Below the pieces are notes generated by a model. The model saw only the letters and a list, made by a program, of their open reading frames with translations. It ran no database searches and was not told the DNA's origin. A stretch of 64,000 bases of DNA from Heptranchias perlo (Eukaryota), in NCBI RefSeq assembly GCF_035084215.1, contig NC_090346.1:14322001-14386000 (forward strand), written 5' to 3'. Both the position numbers and the translations under genes were made by a program. Positions 39,924 to 54,300 of the stretch are shown one piece after another (the stretch's first letter is position 1; every line of letters starts with the position of its first letter).

Positions 39924-42102
39924 CTGTCAGAAAAGAAAAAGAAAAAATATTACCAAATTTTATTTGCTAGGCAGTGGGGTTATTTCCAAGAGCAATATCT
40001 TAAGGTATCACTGAACAAGGGGTCATTCGGCCCATCAGAACAACTTCTGTGACTGACCAACTGTTCTTTAACTCATCGATTTAATCCACCAAGGGAAAAT
40101 CTGCACGAATATTTCCTGATCCCTCAAAGGTTGCTTAACAAAATTCACCCATCCTCACATCTCCACCATTCAATTTGATGCCTGCTGTCCTTCACAGAAA
40201 ACATACCAGCAGCATATGAACCAATGAGTTATGGGGAGTTTAGTCTGCAAATGCAGAAAAACAGACTTTAATCCAACTCCACATAATGTGAAAAGGGAAA
40301 GCTAAAATCAAATATGTTGATTTTTTCACCTCCTTACTGTCATTTTTTAAACTGTTTACAAGGAAATAACAGTGAAGGTGCATAATTAAACACTGATGGA
40401 CATGCAGAGGGAAAGTAGGATGTAATGGAGATGGGGACTCGACTTAAACTGCTGTTGTCAATTACAACATATTGAAAGACTGCACGAAAATTAAAAAGGA
40501 CCTGTCATAGAGGAGGCACTGAGCTGGATGGTGCAAAGATTTAAATTAAAACTAGTTGCGATATAAGCTTTTTTTTCCATGTATAAAGTGGTACCAATTG
40601 CATACCTTCTCTGTTATACAGAAAACACAAATCAAGCCTTTTCTATTAACACTGCAAACAATGAGAGAAACAGTCAAGAGTTTTTAAATTGAAAAGATGA
40701 TACAGTGATGCTAAGCGTTAACGTTCAGTGCCACAGAACAGAGACAGATGCAAACTTACATTGCATCCCAATGAGAATTGAATTGAGTGGACTGTGCCAG
40801 CAGGGAGGTAAGGGAAGACTAGAGAGCAGAGTCATCCCAGGGTACTGTGGCTGAGATCAGGCTGTGTGTCCATCCTCTTAGCTCTTCGCTTCATGCCAAA
40901 CATGAGCAGGAATGTACCCATTACATAGGATTCACTGCACAGAAACAGACCATTTGGCCCAACTGGTCTATGCAGGTGTTAATGCTCCACACGAGCTTCC
41001 TCCCACCCTTCTTCATCTAACCCTATCAGCATAACCTTCTATTCCTTTCTCCCTATATAATGCCATATTAAGTTAAAACTGTTCTGTTTAGTAACTTTCC
41101 CAAGGATACATGAAGTTCTCCACTTCTTTTACTTAATGCCTCCAGGCATAAGTTCCCCTCAGTCCAAAATACCTTCTTTATATCAGTGCTGTATTCATTA
41201 CGGCGTAAGCACGCCAGATCTGGGTTTAATAATCAACCACTTTGGGATCTGGTGCTGTACTCAGATCTCCTAGATGATGCGAAGGAAATTGCCCTGTTCA
41301 CAATGCGGGGACTCAGCTAGAGGAACTCCTCTGCAAAAAACAAATAATTGTTCCTACATCACCTGCAAGATTTCCTTTTTGAAGGGGATTATTATAAAGC
41401 AGGTAAAAAGACTGCAGCTGATGCAGAGTGCACAAAATGATCACTGAGTTTGCACCACCTCCAAACTGGTCTTCAGAGAAAACGTAGTCCAGAGATGGTT
41501 TGCTCAAAGCCACAGCTGATTAATAGTACAGAGTCAGACAGTTTATACTGCCAACTGGAAGTGGGCCTGCAGTAGATATCTCTATCCTCCTATTTCTATA
41601 CTCACTAGCACGTGGCACCGGGAGAAATCCGGAGATTACTACCTTTACTGTTTTTCCGCTCACATTCCTAGCACATCTGGCCTCATATTAGGTTGTTTTC
41701 CCATTTCAATGGAATCTCAGCTGGATATACTTTCAATTCAGAAAGTTTACTTTGTAGGGTGAGGCACTCTAATCATTTTCAGCTTGAATTCCAAATAAAA
41801 CACCACACGCACACGTCACATCTACCATTGATTCAGATACTAGTGTGTTCTCTCAGATATTTGTTAATCATCACATAGAAAGAAAACACATTTGATGAAC
41901 AATGATATTACAAATCAGTGACACATTTCTGAATACAATGCTACCACCAGTTTTTATACCCTTCCCCTTTTCTGGCTGCCCTCTGATACATCATCCGAAT
42001 GGCCATTTTTCACATGCAAACCTAGTCTGGGGCGGTAAATGAACCTTTGGTCTAGATATTTGCATACATTCATTATTTGCTTTTGTTAATTCAGAGACCT
42101 AC

Positions 42103-42304
42103 CTTCAGCAGAAAGCCCTAACATGCTTCTGCCTGCTCCATGGTATTCTCCACCCTCCACAGACCTGCTGATATCCGTCCCACCCATCAATGATGCCAGA
42201 GGGTTAAAGGAGAGGCAAAGGAACACAAAGGTACATAGTACCATCCTGGATCGATCCAACATGCCAATGCTGGTTGGCAGTGTCTGCTCTTGTTTAACGG
42301 ACAC
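42103..42304 (-). CDS. SREBF1: SREBF1 exon 8 (DRSR, TM1, S1P site RSML)
   Basis: [23 protein letters not shown]...GAGRSMLG; 202 nt. Confidence 0.96.
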
Positions 42305-43164
42305 CTAGAGAGTCAACAGGACACTCTGTCAGTTTAAAATGCAAATCAGGTTCATCACTGCACTGAAGCACACTCCCAGGACAGACCATCAAAGCAAAAA
42401 CATAAAGTACAGAACAAGAAAAGGCCTTTCAGCCTATTACGTTTGCACCTTCTACAGTGTATAACCCACACTATCACAGACTCTACTACATCTATTTATA
42501 ATCTCTGGTATAAATAGTCTCCAATTCCCAAATGTTATTAAGCAAATGCCAGAATTATCATTCATCCTCATTATTCAGCCCTGGTCTGCTGGCCTCCATA
42601 GACAACATTCTAAACGCAACCCCCCCGCTACCCCCGCCACTAACCCGCAGCAGCAGAGGAGATGTCGCAAAAAATTAAGAACCATCATGTAGCCAACACC
42701 TGAATGTCGCGTTGAACAAGTCCAAGCTTGTTGGGATTATACTTTTCAGCAGTGCACATACTGTTGCTTAGCTACTAAATTTTAGATCAAAAATATAGTT
42801 TACATTTCATGGCATTTTTTTAAATGAAGCAACATAGTCAGTCTTCTGATAGCCCCTGAATAAACAAATCAAAATGGCCACACAATACAGCATAATGCTC
42901 ACACTGGTCAAATTGAGAAAGCAGAGAATGAGGTCAAATCATGCCATTAAGAAAATTCCCTACTGCAACAGTAGCTACCTATAGGATTCAAATTATTCTC
43001 TATCCACTGAGAGGGAGCAATCGACCTATTCTCAGACCTTCTGCTCTTAAACCAGACCAGGACTGTGAGCAGACACGAACTCCCTCATCCTCCAATTGTC
43101 CTTCTCTTCCCACTGAGAGCCTGGCCAATACTAAGAGTGCACCTCGTGGAGAAAGCAGAAAGGA

Positions 43165-43620
43165 CAAACTTGCATTTATATAGCACCTTTCACATCCCCA
43201 GGAGATCCCAAAGAGCTTCACAGCCAATGGACTACTTCTGAAATGTAGTCACTGTTGTGTGCAGCCAATTTGCTCACTGCAAAGTCGAGAAACATTAATG
43301 AGATAAATCACCAGTTAATTTGCTTTTGATGACTTTGGTTGAGGGATACATGTTGGCCAACACACTGGGAGAACTTCCCTGCTTTTCTCCAAGAAGTGCA
43401 GTGGGATCTTTTACATCCCACCTGAATGGGGAGACAGGGTCTTGGTTTAATATCTCATGCAAGAAAAAAATGGCACCTCCGACAACGTAGCACTCCCTCA
43501 GTACTACATTGAATTGTCAGCCCATGTCTTGGGCAGATTACATGCCCAAGCCCTGCAATGGGGTTTCAACCCATAACCTTCTGACTCAAAGTCCAGAATG
43601 TCACCACTAAGCCAAGCTAA
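43165..43620 (-). mobile_element. tRNA-derived Deu-type SINE, near full length
   Basis: Same core as 12576-12856 plus an L2-like tail (AACTTGCATTTATATAGCACCTTT). Confidence 0.65.
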
Positions 43621-44563
43621 AGCTGTTTTGGGAAACTTAGTGATATAGTGGGTTAAGTGGATGCAACTCTAGCCCCTTTCCCCTTTTCCTAATGATGTGG
43701 GATCAGTGGATTCTGACTGTAAAGACCAGTACAGTACTTAGGATTCTTCAGCAGAAGCTGGGCAAGTTTTGCTCGTGTTAGTTAAGGCACTGAATGGGCT
43801 GCCAGGCGAAGGCAGAACAAAAATACACCAGCTCATTCCAGAAAAGTGACATAAGTTGTGAAGACATCTGCGTCATAAATTCCTACTGACCTCTTGACTG
43901 GAAGAAACACAAAGGCACTGTTTGGCAGGGTAAGAAATCAGAATTTATTTTTTGAAAATAAAGATAGTAATCAATCCACAGGTAGCATTGAGCTAGCTGA
44001 TCTCAGCTGGGGCATTTACAGTAATATAATTGCCCTCTGCCTCTTCAAGCAAAGGAACAGAAAATATCTCAGCCAGATTCCTGCTCCTGATCTCTATCCA
44101 TTAACTCCAGTTGAAAAACTGCCTCATGCATAGGGTTGTGAGAATGTGAAATACACAACCCCAGGAGGTCATACATTCGGTCAAGTGAGGTCTATAAAGA
44201 GGGAGATACTTATTTGGGAAGTAACAGTATTAAGGGACATGGAGAAAAGGTAGCTGCGATGGATAACAAAGTGGTAAAGGAAGGCTCAATGTGCCGAATG
44301 GTCTTCTCCTATTGCTATGTGCTATTCTGGGGGAGGGCAAGATTGGGCTCAGCTTCGATATGCCCTAAGATCAAATATTCTGCCGACACTCACTAGCCAG
44401 GATCACATATAAACAACAACCGCTTGACCAAGGTACTAAAAGGCAATAGCCAACCATGAAATTAGAGTGTGGCAAGCAGTGGAGGAAGAAACATAGTAAA
44501 GTTAAAAAAACACAAAACTAGAAAAGCAGGGGCTAGCAGTCTCCTGACAGCAATCATAAGTAC

Positions 44564-44748
44564 CTTAGTATCACCACAAAATGGGCTGTCTGGCTCGGAA
44601 TCACTGCTGCTCACGGAGAATGGGCTGTTCTGAGGTGGTGAGCCGACATCAGACGGTGGTGGGGTAAACATGTCAGGGTCCTGCTTGAACCCATTCGTTG
44701 TTGCATCCAGACTGATTCCACTGGAAGCCACAATATCTTTCAGAGACT
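44564..44748 (-). CDS. SREBF1: SREBF1 exon 7
   Basis: SLKDIV...FTPPPSDVGSP...SDSEPDSP (Fbw7 degron-type TPPPS); 185 nt. Confidence 0.95.
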
Positions 44749-44978
44749 CTGAAATTGGATAATACTTGATGTAAATGAGATTCGTTCTAACAATAATATC
44801 TAACGCTGAAGTACACAACTACCATTTCAAAACACCATTTCTCAAAGATGTATTCAATGTCTTTTTAAGAACAGAAGGAAAACAGAGCAAAGATTGATAG
44901 TATTACAACTAAAATGTCACTAATCTATATAACATTAAAATTCTTACATCTGCACGCACTTCCTGTCAACTTTTTCTC

Positions 44979-45150
44979 CCATTATAAATTCCTATGTCCA
45001 CATTTATAATGGAAACTGCCTATGTAAACTTGTCACATTGTAATTACACCTTCCTCCCAGTGTCACCACTGGCCAGAGTGTATAATTACTGTGTGACAAG
45101 TTTACATAAACAGTTGCCATTATAAATGCAGACATAGGAATTTACAACGG
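44979..45150. repeat. Imperfect inverted repeat (arms about 70 bp), MITE-like hairpin in SREBF1 intron 6
   Basis: CCATTATAAATTCCTATGTCCACATTTATAATGG...CTTGTCACA pairs with TGTGACAAG...CCATTATAAATGCAGACATAGGAATTTACAACGG. Confidence 0.85.
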
Positions 45151-45856
45151 AAATATAAAAATAAAAGACAAAATGTGTGACTTTAAAAGGGGGACTAAAT
45201 TATGTCTACGTGTCCAGCTCCAATAATCCACCGCTGTCTAACCTTGCTTCACCTGAAGACTACACTTGGCCTTCACACCCAGTGTGCAATGCCACAGGAG
45301 ATTGATTATAATGTAATATCTGCTATGTTGGTAATCTGTAGCGAATGTATTTCAAACAATATACTCAATATGTAAGCATCAAAGTAAAACATGCATCGTT
45401 AAGAAACATTTTCCAATCAAAACCCAATTAAGATCATATTAGTTTTAGTGTCACAAACCACTGATAATTTATGTTTTTAAACCACTACTTAGGTTCCTAA
45501 AGTTTTCTCCCCCTCTTTGGTATAGTTCGGTAAATAGGCAGGCTAGGTGTTCTGAGGCCTCTGTAATTTGCCAATAGGAAGTGTGCAAAAAGAATGCAGG
45601 ATGGCTCACCTGCATATTGTCTCTCCATGCCTTGAGAGATGGGAGGGGGAAGACAACCCGAGACCTGTGAACTCATGTGAGAGGGCACCACGAACACCAA
45701 CCAGTGTGCTACCAGCACGCTCATAGCCCAACTCCCAAACCACAGCAAAATATAAACAGCTTTATATTATTCACACCCATTTGGTACAATAAATTGCTTG
45801 AAATTCCAGTGTCACCCTGTCCCAACAATAATCTGTGTGACAAGCTGAGTACTTAC

Positions 45857-45971
45857 GGTTTTTCTGAGCAGCCATTCTCAACACCATGTTCTCCTGTTTC
45901 AACTTCTGATTGGTTTGTTGTAAGAAGCGGATATAATCAACAGCCTTCTTCAGTATTGCTGACTTGTTCAA
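45857..45971 (-). CDS. SREBF1: SREBF1 exon 6 (helix 2 - zipper)
   Basis: [38 protein letters not shown]; 115 nt. Confidence 0.97.
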
Positions 45972-46902
45972 CTGCCAGGGCAAAGAAAGAAAACAAAAAA
46001 GGTTTTGAAAATATCACAAATTCACATTTACAAATTAAAATTGTGGTTAAGAAGCAGATGGTCTGCGCCTGTCCCACAGCTTCTTGGGATACAAGACTGC
46101 ACCTTCACCATTCAAATGGGGAGGGTCTGATTCCGTTACAAGGTGATGTGCTTCCCTTCAAGGAAGGAAAACTTGGAGAAAGTGTTGGCCCAGACTATTA
46201 TTGTGCACCTACTGCCTACAGATAGTTACTGAGTAGCATCAGTTGAGAAGTAGCTAGGGATTGCCTGCTTGCCTTATGCCTCCTTCAATCATGGCTGGGT
46301 GGAGAAGAGAAGGTACAAAGAGGTTAAAGAAAGGAGCTAAAGGTTTTTTTTTGTTTTTGCATTTTACTAGTTTCCCCCTCCCTTCCTAAGGTCACACTAG
46401 TGTCCAGTTCCATAAGCGTCATCAACCCCCTGGTACTTCACGCAAGTGGCCATTCTTAATACACAAGGCTCGACAGCAAAAGCCAGCAAGCTATTTGACA
46501 ACAGGGTGCTTCATAGCTGAGCCAGACCTCGTCCGCAACGGACATACAAACGTGCATTTTTCCGGCATGGATCACAGGATAGTGATTAGAAATGGGAATG
46601 CTGGCTTGTCTTTCCACTCTCTAACCCAGGGATGCCACAACTCATTGGAGCATCTCCACTGTAGCCCAGCTGCGATCAGCAAACGCCACACAGACCAGAG
46701 ATCTGAATTAGAATGTAGTGGTTGGCATGGTTCAGAGTCACCACACCAGACAATGCATTTATCCAACAAGGCATCGGGAAACTGTTTCTTAAAAAAAAAG
46801 TAGACAAAACGACCATTTAACCAACTACGAACATGTGATTAATGCATCTATTAATCCAGTTAGTTGACAGATTCTTAGCTTAGCTTAGTAAGAGTATTTT
46901 AC

Positions 46903-47121
46903 CTTGCCTTCAGTGCCAATAACAAGGTCTTTCAGCTCCACAATCTTGTCATTGATGGATGACCTGTAACGTTTCTCAATAGCGTTATGCGCCGTGCGTT
47001 TCTCTCCCTTGTTTGGTGCGTTGCAAGGTCTGCCGCTTGCTGGCATACGATTGATGGGAAGTTTGTCTGCATCTACCATCAAAGGGATTGTGGTCAAAAA
47101 TGTGTTTCCACTGACCAGCGC
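46903..47121 (-). CDS. SREBF1: SREBF1 exon 5 (basic region - helix 1)
   Basis: [29 protein letters not shown] with the SREBP-specific Tyr; 219 nt. Confidence 0.98.
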
Positions 47122-48460
47122 CTGGAGAATATAAATTTATAAAGAAACTCAGGGCAGATTCCTACAATAATGAGAACAAATTTACACTAGATATTTAATC
47201 ATTAACTTTTTAAAACAAAATAAAATCAATATAACGTCAGCTTTTATTAGACTGCAAACCACTTAATACATTACACAGTACTACAGTCATTGTTCCTCTG
47301 AACTTTCCTCACTTGTATGGATCCTAGATGACTCAGCAAGTGTATGGAATGGAGTAGCTGTGCGCAGAAACCAGGAAGGTACAGGTTTAATTCCTAGTCT
47401 CCATAAAGTTAGCCGATCTCAGCTAGGGCAGCATTAGGGGTGCTAGAATTGACCTCGGCATCCCTGGGTTGGTGGGAGGGGAAATAAGTCTGCCAAGATA
47501 TCTACTCTCGATTGCTATCTGCGACCTCTGCTGGCAATGCATGTGGGCTTAGGATAGGATCGGGCTTGGATGTGATGTACCCGAGTTGAATAGCCTGCTA
47601 AACCTGACTCGTGGATAATGACCACTTCAGAAGCGGGAAGAAATTGATCAAGAAAAAGATATATAGATTATATAAATAAAAACCCTTTGCCTCCTTGTTC
47701 CTCCTATACTCTAAATACACCATTGTGACCGTGTTGAAATCAATTTCAACTTTTGGTAGTGTGCTGCACTATGAACTATGCAGCTGGGTTACTGCTTTCC
47801 TTGACGAGAGGCCAGACTATCTCACGGTCAGAAAAACTAGCAAGAAATGACTGGCTTTCTTCTCCCCGTTGTGTACTTTTTTTTTAAAAGGAATGTTCAG
47901 TTGTGATTTGTTGGCATTTGTACAAAGTGCGACATCCGAATTACGAACACTCTCAAAACTATCACTACTGTATATACACAAATTTGTCACACTTGCATTA
48001 ATTGGCTCAAATTTTGCATGCATAAAATGGTAACAAATCAGAAATAACGCACTTTGATATGGATTTAAATGTGCAATCATGCAGGACTCCTCCCACTGCC
48101 ACTGCACCATCAAATCATAGCCTTTTGCTAAATTGTACAGCATTACTTTCATCTGCAGACAGTAGAAAATCTCCTCAACTAACAGAATGCCAGAACAGTA
48201 ATTTCAAGAACAATTATCTAGTCTCCTGCCACAAATTAGCAATGACAAATACTTGGAAGTGAATTGAAGCCAGTAATCTTATTTTAATCTTCTGAAGCAT
48301 TTAAAGTGCTTGAGATTCATTCTGTCGTTTATCATTTTGCTTGGAATAATTTGAAGGGATTAGTGGCTTTCAATTCCTCTACTTTAACAAGATCTACCAA
48401 CACCACCAGTTTCTCCCAATCAATGTAATATAATGATAATGACAACTGTAGTCTACCTAC

Positions 48461-48616
48461 CGGCATTTGCAGGGATGTGGTTTGAATGGGAGTAGTGGTA
48501 GTTGCCAGAGTTGATATCGTAGGAGACTTTACTGATGTCACAACAGTACTTCCGTCCGGCTTCAGAGCTGTCAGAAGCAACGAGTCAGCCTTAATGAACT
48601 GAGGCTGGAAAAGTAG
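48461..48616 (-). CDS. SREBF1: SREBF1 exon 4
   Basis: LLFQPQFIKADSLLLTALKPDG...QMP; 156 nt. Confidence 0.95.
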
Positions 48617-49932
48617 CTGCAGAAGAATACAGATACAAAATCAAGACCAACCACATTTTTATATTTCTGTTCGATTGGTTCACCACTTCCCTTCATCGCA
48701 ACATTTTCTCTGGGCTGTGTTCTATGATCGATGACATGTCAGGCAAGCAGTTCCAAACTTCATGAGGGAATTGTGGAAAAATGCTCCAAGGTTTTCAGGA
48801 TTTTTTTGGCACATTTTCTCCCCTCCCCGTCTCCTGAAGGCATTTGCTCTTGCTGATGTTGGATTCCATAAGCCTTGGATGTCTTCCTGTACGTTTCGAA
48901 TGGCCAGTCTTCATGTGTGAACCTAGACAGTGAGTGTCAGCAGGCTATTTGACCAGGGGGAGGGGCATGACTTGATCCAGTCTTCAATCAATCAACGTCC
49001 ACACACTGGATGGCGATCAAGAGTGAGAAATTTTGCTGATTTCTTTTCCTCCCTTGCAGGGACACGCGAGCTAATTATAATCCCCCTACTATTGCGCTGG
49101 CTGAGATGAGCTACTTCAGATCTTCCTATTCTATATGGTCCAGTTCCCCGTGACAAACCAAAGGTCCTCAGTTGCTTATAGTCAGATTTCAACTTGGCAT
49201 GACAACAGACAAACAGCTGTACAAATCATTCACTGAACATGTATTCAAAGTACTCTCAGATCTATAGCTTGTTGCAAAAAGCTTAGTTTTTCCTGAAGCT
49301 ACTGTAGTTTGATTATTGAATTATGACTGAACTGATCAAAATGTGAATTATGGCCGAACAGCTTTTACTCTTGGATTTAATACCATCAATCCACAGTTTA
49401 TTATTTCATTCACTTGCTACCTTTGTAGCTGTGACTCAATTCACAATCCAACTTTTACACAATATTCCTTTCAGCACTTCCAGCAAATTCACAAAAGATA
49501 AACTGTCAGCTACTCCTAGAACCAGGCCCTGTGCCAGTGTGTCCTTATCCCACTCTGCCGACTCCCTATCTGGAACTGAATCGTGTACTCAAATAATTAC
49601 TTACAACAAAAGTGCCAGGATAGGGGGATCATGCTCCTGAAGTACTCCCAATGTCAACTAAACTGCAGTACAGAGTGGAGGTGACATACCTCTCCAAAAA
49701 ACAGAAGGGTGGGGGAAGAGAGAAACTAGTGAAGTGGCCAACACTCAGAAATTCAGTGATAACTTGTAAGGCTTGAGTGTTCAAACAAGGCTAAACCTGC
49801 AAATGTAATTTTCAACTTTAAATTCTTTGCATTTGTTGTACAAGTCAGAAATCAGAACCTGGGTTCTGAAACATCCACCTCTTCCCCCTGCCCCCCTCAG
49901 GTTTATCTTTCCCAACAAGTGAAGTTACTTAC

Positions 49933-50102
49933 CGGTAGCTGCTGGATTTGTGCCGAGACAGACTGAGTAGAACTAGCTGTCGCAGTAGTCAAAAGGTGCT
50001 GGGCAGAAATATTCTGGACCTGGGCTTGAATGGTCATGGGCTGCATCGGCTGAGGAACTGCCAGGCTCTGGAGCTGCTGGGTAGCCACCCCCTGTGGTAG
50101 TG
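49933..50102 (-). CDS. SREBF1: SREBF1 exon 3
   Basis: LPQGVATQQLQSL...VSAQIQQLP; tag/gtaagt; 170 nt; bridges phase 1 to phase 0. Confidence 0.85.
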
Positions 50103-50177
50103 CTACACCAAGTAAAAACCAAAGGAAAATGAATAGTCAATTTAAGATACTTTACTGGAGGCAAAATGACTTAATTA

Positions 50178-50765
50178 GGTGTCAGCCATGGCTCAGTAGT
50201 AGCACTCTCGCCTGTGAGTCAGAAGATCACGGGTTCAAGCCCCACTCGCGGCTTCAGCACATAACTTCAGAACAGTAATGAGGGAGTGCTGCATTGTTAG
50301 AAGTGATGCCTTTCACAGGAGACGTTAAACCGTGGCCCTGTCTGCCCTCTCAGACGGACATGAAAAATCCCATGTTATTATTCAAAGAGATGGGGAGTTC
50401 TCCCAGTGTCCCAGCCAACATTAATCCCTCAACCACCATTAGTAGGAACATAGGAACAGGAGCAGGCCATTCAGCCCCTCGAGCCTGCTCTGCCATTTGA
50501 TAAGATCATGGCTGATCTGTGATCTAACTCCACATACCTGCCTTTGGCCCATATCCCTTAATACCTTTGGTTGCAAAAAGCTATCAATCTCAGATTGAAA
50601 ATTAGCAATTGAGCTAGCATCAATTGCCCTTTGCGGAAGAGTTCCAAACTTCTACCAACCTTTGTGGAAGTAGAAAGAGATTATCACACTGCTGTTTGTG
50701 GGACCTTGCTGTGCCCAAATTGGTTGCCGTGTTTCCCTACATTACAATGATGACTACACTTCAAA
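50178..50765 (+). mobile_element. Deu-type SINE interrupted by an antisense CR1 3' end (about 50441-50665)
   Basis: tRNA-like head GGCTCAGTAGTAG...GGGTTCAAGCCCC; the SINE resumes after the insert. Confidence 0.65.
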
Positions 50766-51364
50766 ATGGCCCACAGTTCTAGGGCGAAGGAGAGATGAAA
50801 AACATTTTTTGTAATGATTCCCCATTATTTCGGAGTTAGGGAGTGAGTTGATCCACCCAACAAACACTTGCATAGTTGGCAAGGAAGCTCTTCCTTGGTT
50901 GATCCACTAGGAGACACCCCTGTACAGTAGAAGCACCTCATTCAATCTTTATTCGGATGACTTGCGCAAGAGAAGTTAGGAGAATTCTTTTTACACAGAG
51001 GGTTGTTACAATATGGAACGCCCTACCAAAAACACTACTGCAAGCTAAATCCACAACAGCTTCTGAAGAAGAAAAGGTTAAAAAGGTAGGCGAATGGAAC
51101 TAAATGGAAAGCTCTTTCAGAGGGCTGGTACAGGCACAACGGCCTCAAGAGCCTCTTTTTGTGCTGTAAGATGCTATGATTCTATGCTGAAACTCACCTT
51201 CTCTAAGGGAAAATCAGGGTATAAGCATCAAACCATTGGGATTTGAACTTGAATTTTCCAAGTCTAATAGTACCAGAATATTTTCAAGTGGCCTGAACTC
51301 AGAAGCAAGTCCTGGAAATTGGACCAGTGGACTTTCATCACTGATATTTTTTTTTTAAAACGTC

Positions 51365-54300
51365 AAATAGGGAAGGAAAGAAAGGAGGGGGGGGGTGGCA
51401 GTATTGATCAAAGAAACTACTGTAGCACTGAAAAGGGACGATGTAGTTGAGGGGTCAAGGACAGAATCTATTTGGTTAGAATTAAAGAACAACAGAGGAG
51501 CTATTACGCTACTCAGTGTATACTATAGGCCACCAAATAATGGGCACAAGTAGTGCACAAGATAAGAGCTCATGGTGTTGGGGGGGTAACATACTGGCAT
51601 GGATAGAGGATTGGTTAATTAACAGAAAACAAAGAGTCGGGATAAGAGGGTCATTTTCAAAATGGCAATCTGTAACTAGTGGGGTGCCGCAGGGATCAGT
51701 GCTGGGGCCTCAACTATTTCCAAATAAATCAGTGACTTGGATGAAGGATCAGAGTGTCTTGTGGCCAAATTTGCTGATGATACAAAGATAGGTAGAAAAG
51801 CAAGTTACGATGAGGACACAAAGTGTCTGCAAAGGGATATTGACATGTTAAGCGAATGGGCAAAAATTTGGCAGATGGATTATAATGTGGGAAAATGTGT
51901 TGTCATCCACTTTGGGAGGAAAAATTAAAAAAGCAAAATATTATTTGAATGGAGAAATACTACAAAATGCTGCGGTACAGAGGGATCTGGGTGTCCTCGT
52001 ACATGAAACACTAAAAGTCAACATACAGGTGCAGCAGGTAATCCAGAAGGCAAACGAAATATTGGCCTTTATTTCTAGGGGGATGGAGTATAAAAGCAGA
52101 GAAGTTATGCTACAACTGTACAGGGTGCTGGTGAGACCACACCTGGAGTACTGCGTACAGTTCTGGTGCCCTTAAATACTTGCATTGGAGGCAGTTCAGA
52201 GAAGGTTCACTAGGTTGATTCCGGGTATGGAAGGGTTGTCTTATGAGGAAAGATTGAACAGGTTGGGTCAATACTCATTGGAGTTTAGAAGAATGAGAGG
52301 AGATATTGAAACATACAAAATTCTAAGGGGACTCGATTGGGTAGATGCTGAGAGGATGTTACCCCTCATGGGGGAATCTAAAACTAGGGGGCATAGTCTC
52401 AGAATAAGGAGTCGCCCGTTTACGACAGAAATGAGAAGGAATTTCTTCTCCCAGAGGGTCGTGAATCTTTGAAATTCTTTACCCCAAAAAGCTGTGGAGG
52501 CTGAGTCAATGAATACATTCAAGGCTGAGTTAGACAAATTTTTGATCAGCAAGGGAGTCAAAGGATATGGGGAAAAGGCGGGAAAGTGGAGTTGAGGTAA
52601 AAATCAGATCTGCCATGATCTCACTGAATGGCAGAGCAGGCTCGAGGGGCCGAATGGCCTACTCCTGCTCCTATCTCTTATGGTCTTATGGGAAGGAGAT
52701 GGAGGAACAAATTTGCAGAATATATATGCAAGAACTACATAGTGATAATGGGGGGACTTCAATTATCCCAATATAGACTGGGACAGTAACAGTGTAAAGG
52801 GCAAAGAGGAGGAGGAATTCCTGAAATGTGTACAAGAGAACTTTCTTGATCAGTGTGTTTCCAGCTCAACGAAAAAGGAAGCAGTGATCATAATACCATC
52901 AGGTTTAGAACAGTTATGGAAAAGGAACAATCAAGCATAAAAATACTTAACTGGAGATGGGCTAATTTCAGTTAGCTAAAAAGGGATCTTGCCCAGGCGG
53001 ATTGGAATTAAAAATTGGTAGGCGAACAGTAATTGAACAATGGGAGGCCTTCAAGAAGGAGACGGTTTGGGTACAGAGTAGACACATTCCCATGAGGGGG
53101 AAAGGAAGGGCATCCAAAGCTAGAGCTCCCTGAATAACTAATGGTATAGAGATTAAAATGAAACAGAAAAAGGAGGCTTATGACAAATGTAAGGTTCATA
53201 ATACAGTAGAGAACCAAGCTGAATACAGAAAGTTCAGAGGAGATCTAATAAAGGAAATAAGAGGGCCAAAGAGGGAGTATGAGAATAGATTAGCAGCTAA
53301 CATAAAATAGTTAAAGGGTAGTCAAAGGGTAGGGCCAATTAAGGACAAAAAAGGAGATTTTCTTGTGGAGGCAGAGGGTATGGCTAGGTACTAAATGAAT
53401 ACTTCGCATCAGTCTTCACTAGAGAAGAGGATGCTGCCATTGTAGCAGTAAAAGAGGTAGTAGCGATTCTAAAAATAGATAGAGGAGGTACTTAAAAGGT
53501 TCGCAGTACTCAAAATGTCACCTGGTCCAGGTGGGATGCATCCTAGATTACTGAGGGAAGGGTGGAAGCTGTGGCCACAATCCTCCTTAGATATGGGGGC
53601 GGTGCCAGAGGACTGGAGGATTGCAAACGTTACACCCCTGTTCAAAAAAGGGGAGAGGGATAACCCGGCAATTACAGGCTAATCAGCCTAACATCGGTGG
53701 TGGGAAAACTTTTAGAAGCAATAATCCGGGACAAAATTAATTAGTACTTGAAAAAGTATGGCCATTGAATGAAAGTCAGCACGGATTTGTTAAAGGAAAA
53801 TTGTGTTTGACTAATTTGATTGAGTTCTTTGATGAAGTAATGGGGAGGGTTGATGAGGGTAGTGCGGTTGATGTGTATATGGACTTTCAAAAGGCATGAT
53901 AAAGTACCACATAATAGACTTGTTAGCAAAATTGAAGCGTGGAAACAAAATTGGCTAAGGGACAGAAAGCAGAGAGTAGTGGTGAACGGTTGTTTTTCAG
54001 ACTGGAGGGAAGTATACAGCGGTGTTCCCCAGGGGTCGGTAATAGGACCACTGCTCTTTTTGATATATATTAATAACCTGGACTTGGGTATAATTTCAAA
54101 GTTTGCAGATGACATGAAACTCAGAAATGTAGTGAACAATGTGGAGGATAGTAACAAACTTCAGGAGGATATAGACAGACTAGTGAAATGGGCAGACACA
54201 TGACAGTTGAAATTTAAACGCAGAGAAGTGTGAAGTGATACATTTTGGTAGGAAGAATGAGGAGAGGCAATATAAACTAAATGGTATAATTTTAAAGGGA

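Noticed and set aside
50178-50260. tRNA gene candidates with A/B boxes (also near 26565, 30500, 30710, 56985)
   Set aside because: These are SINE/LINE heads with no complete cloverleaf.
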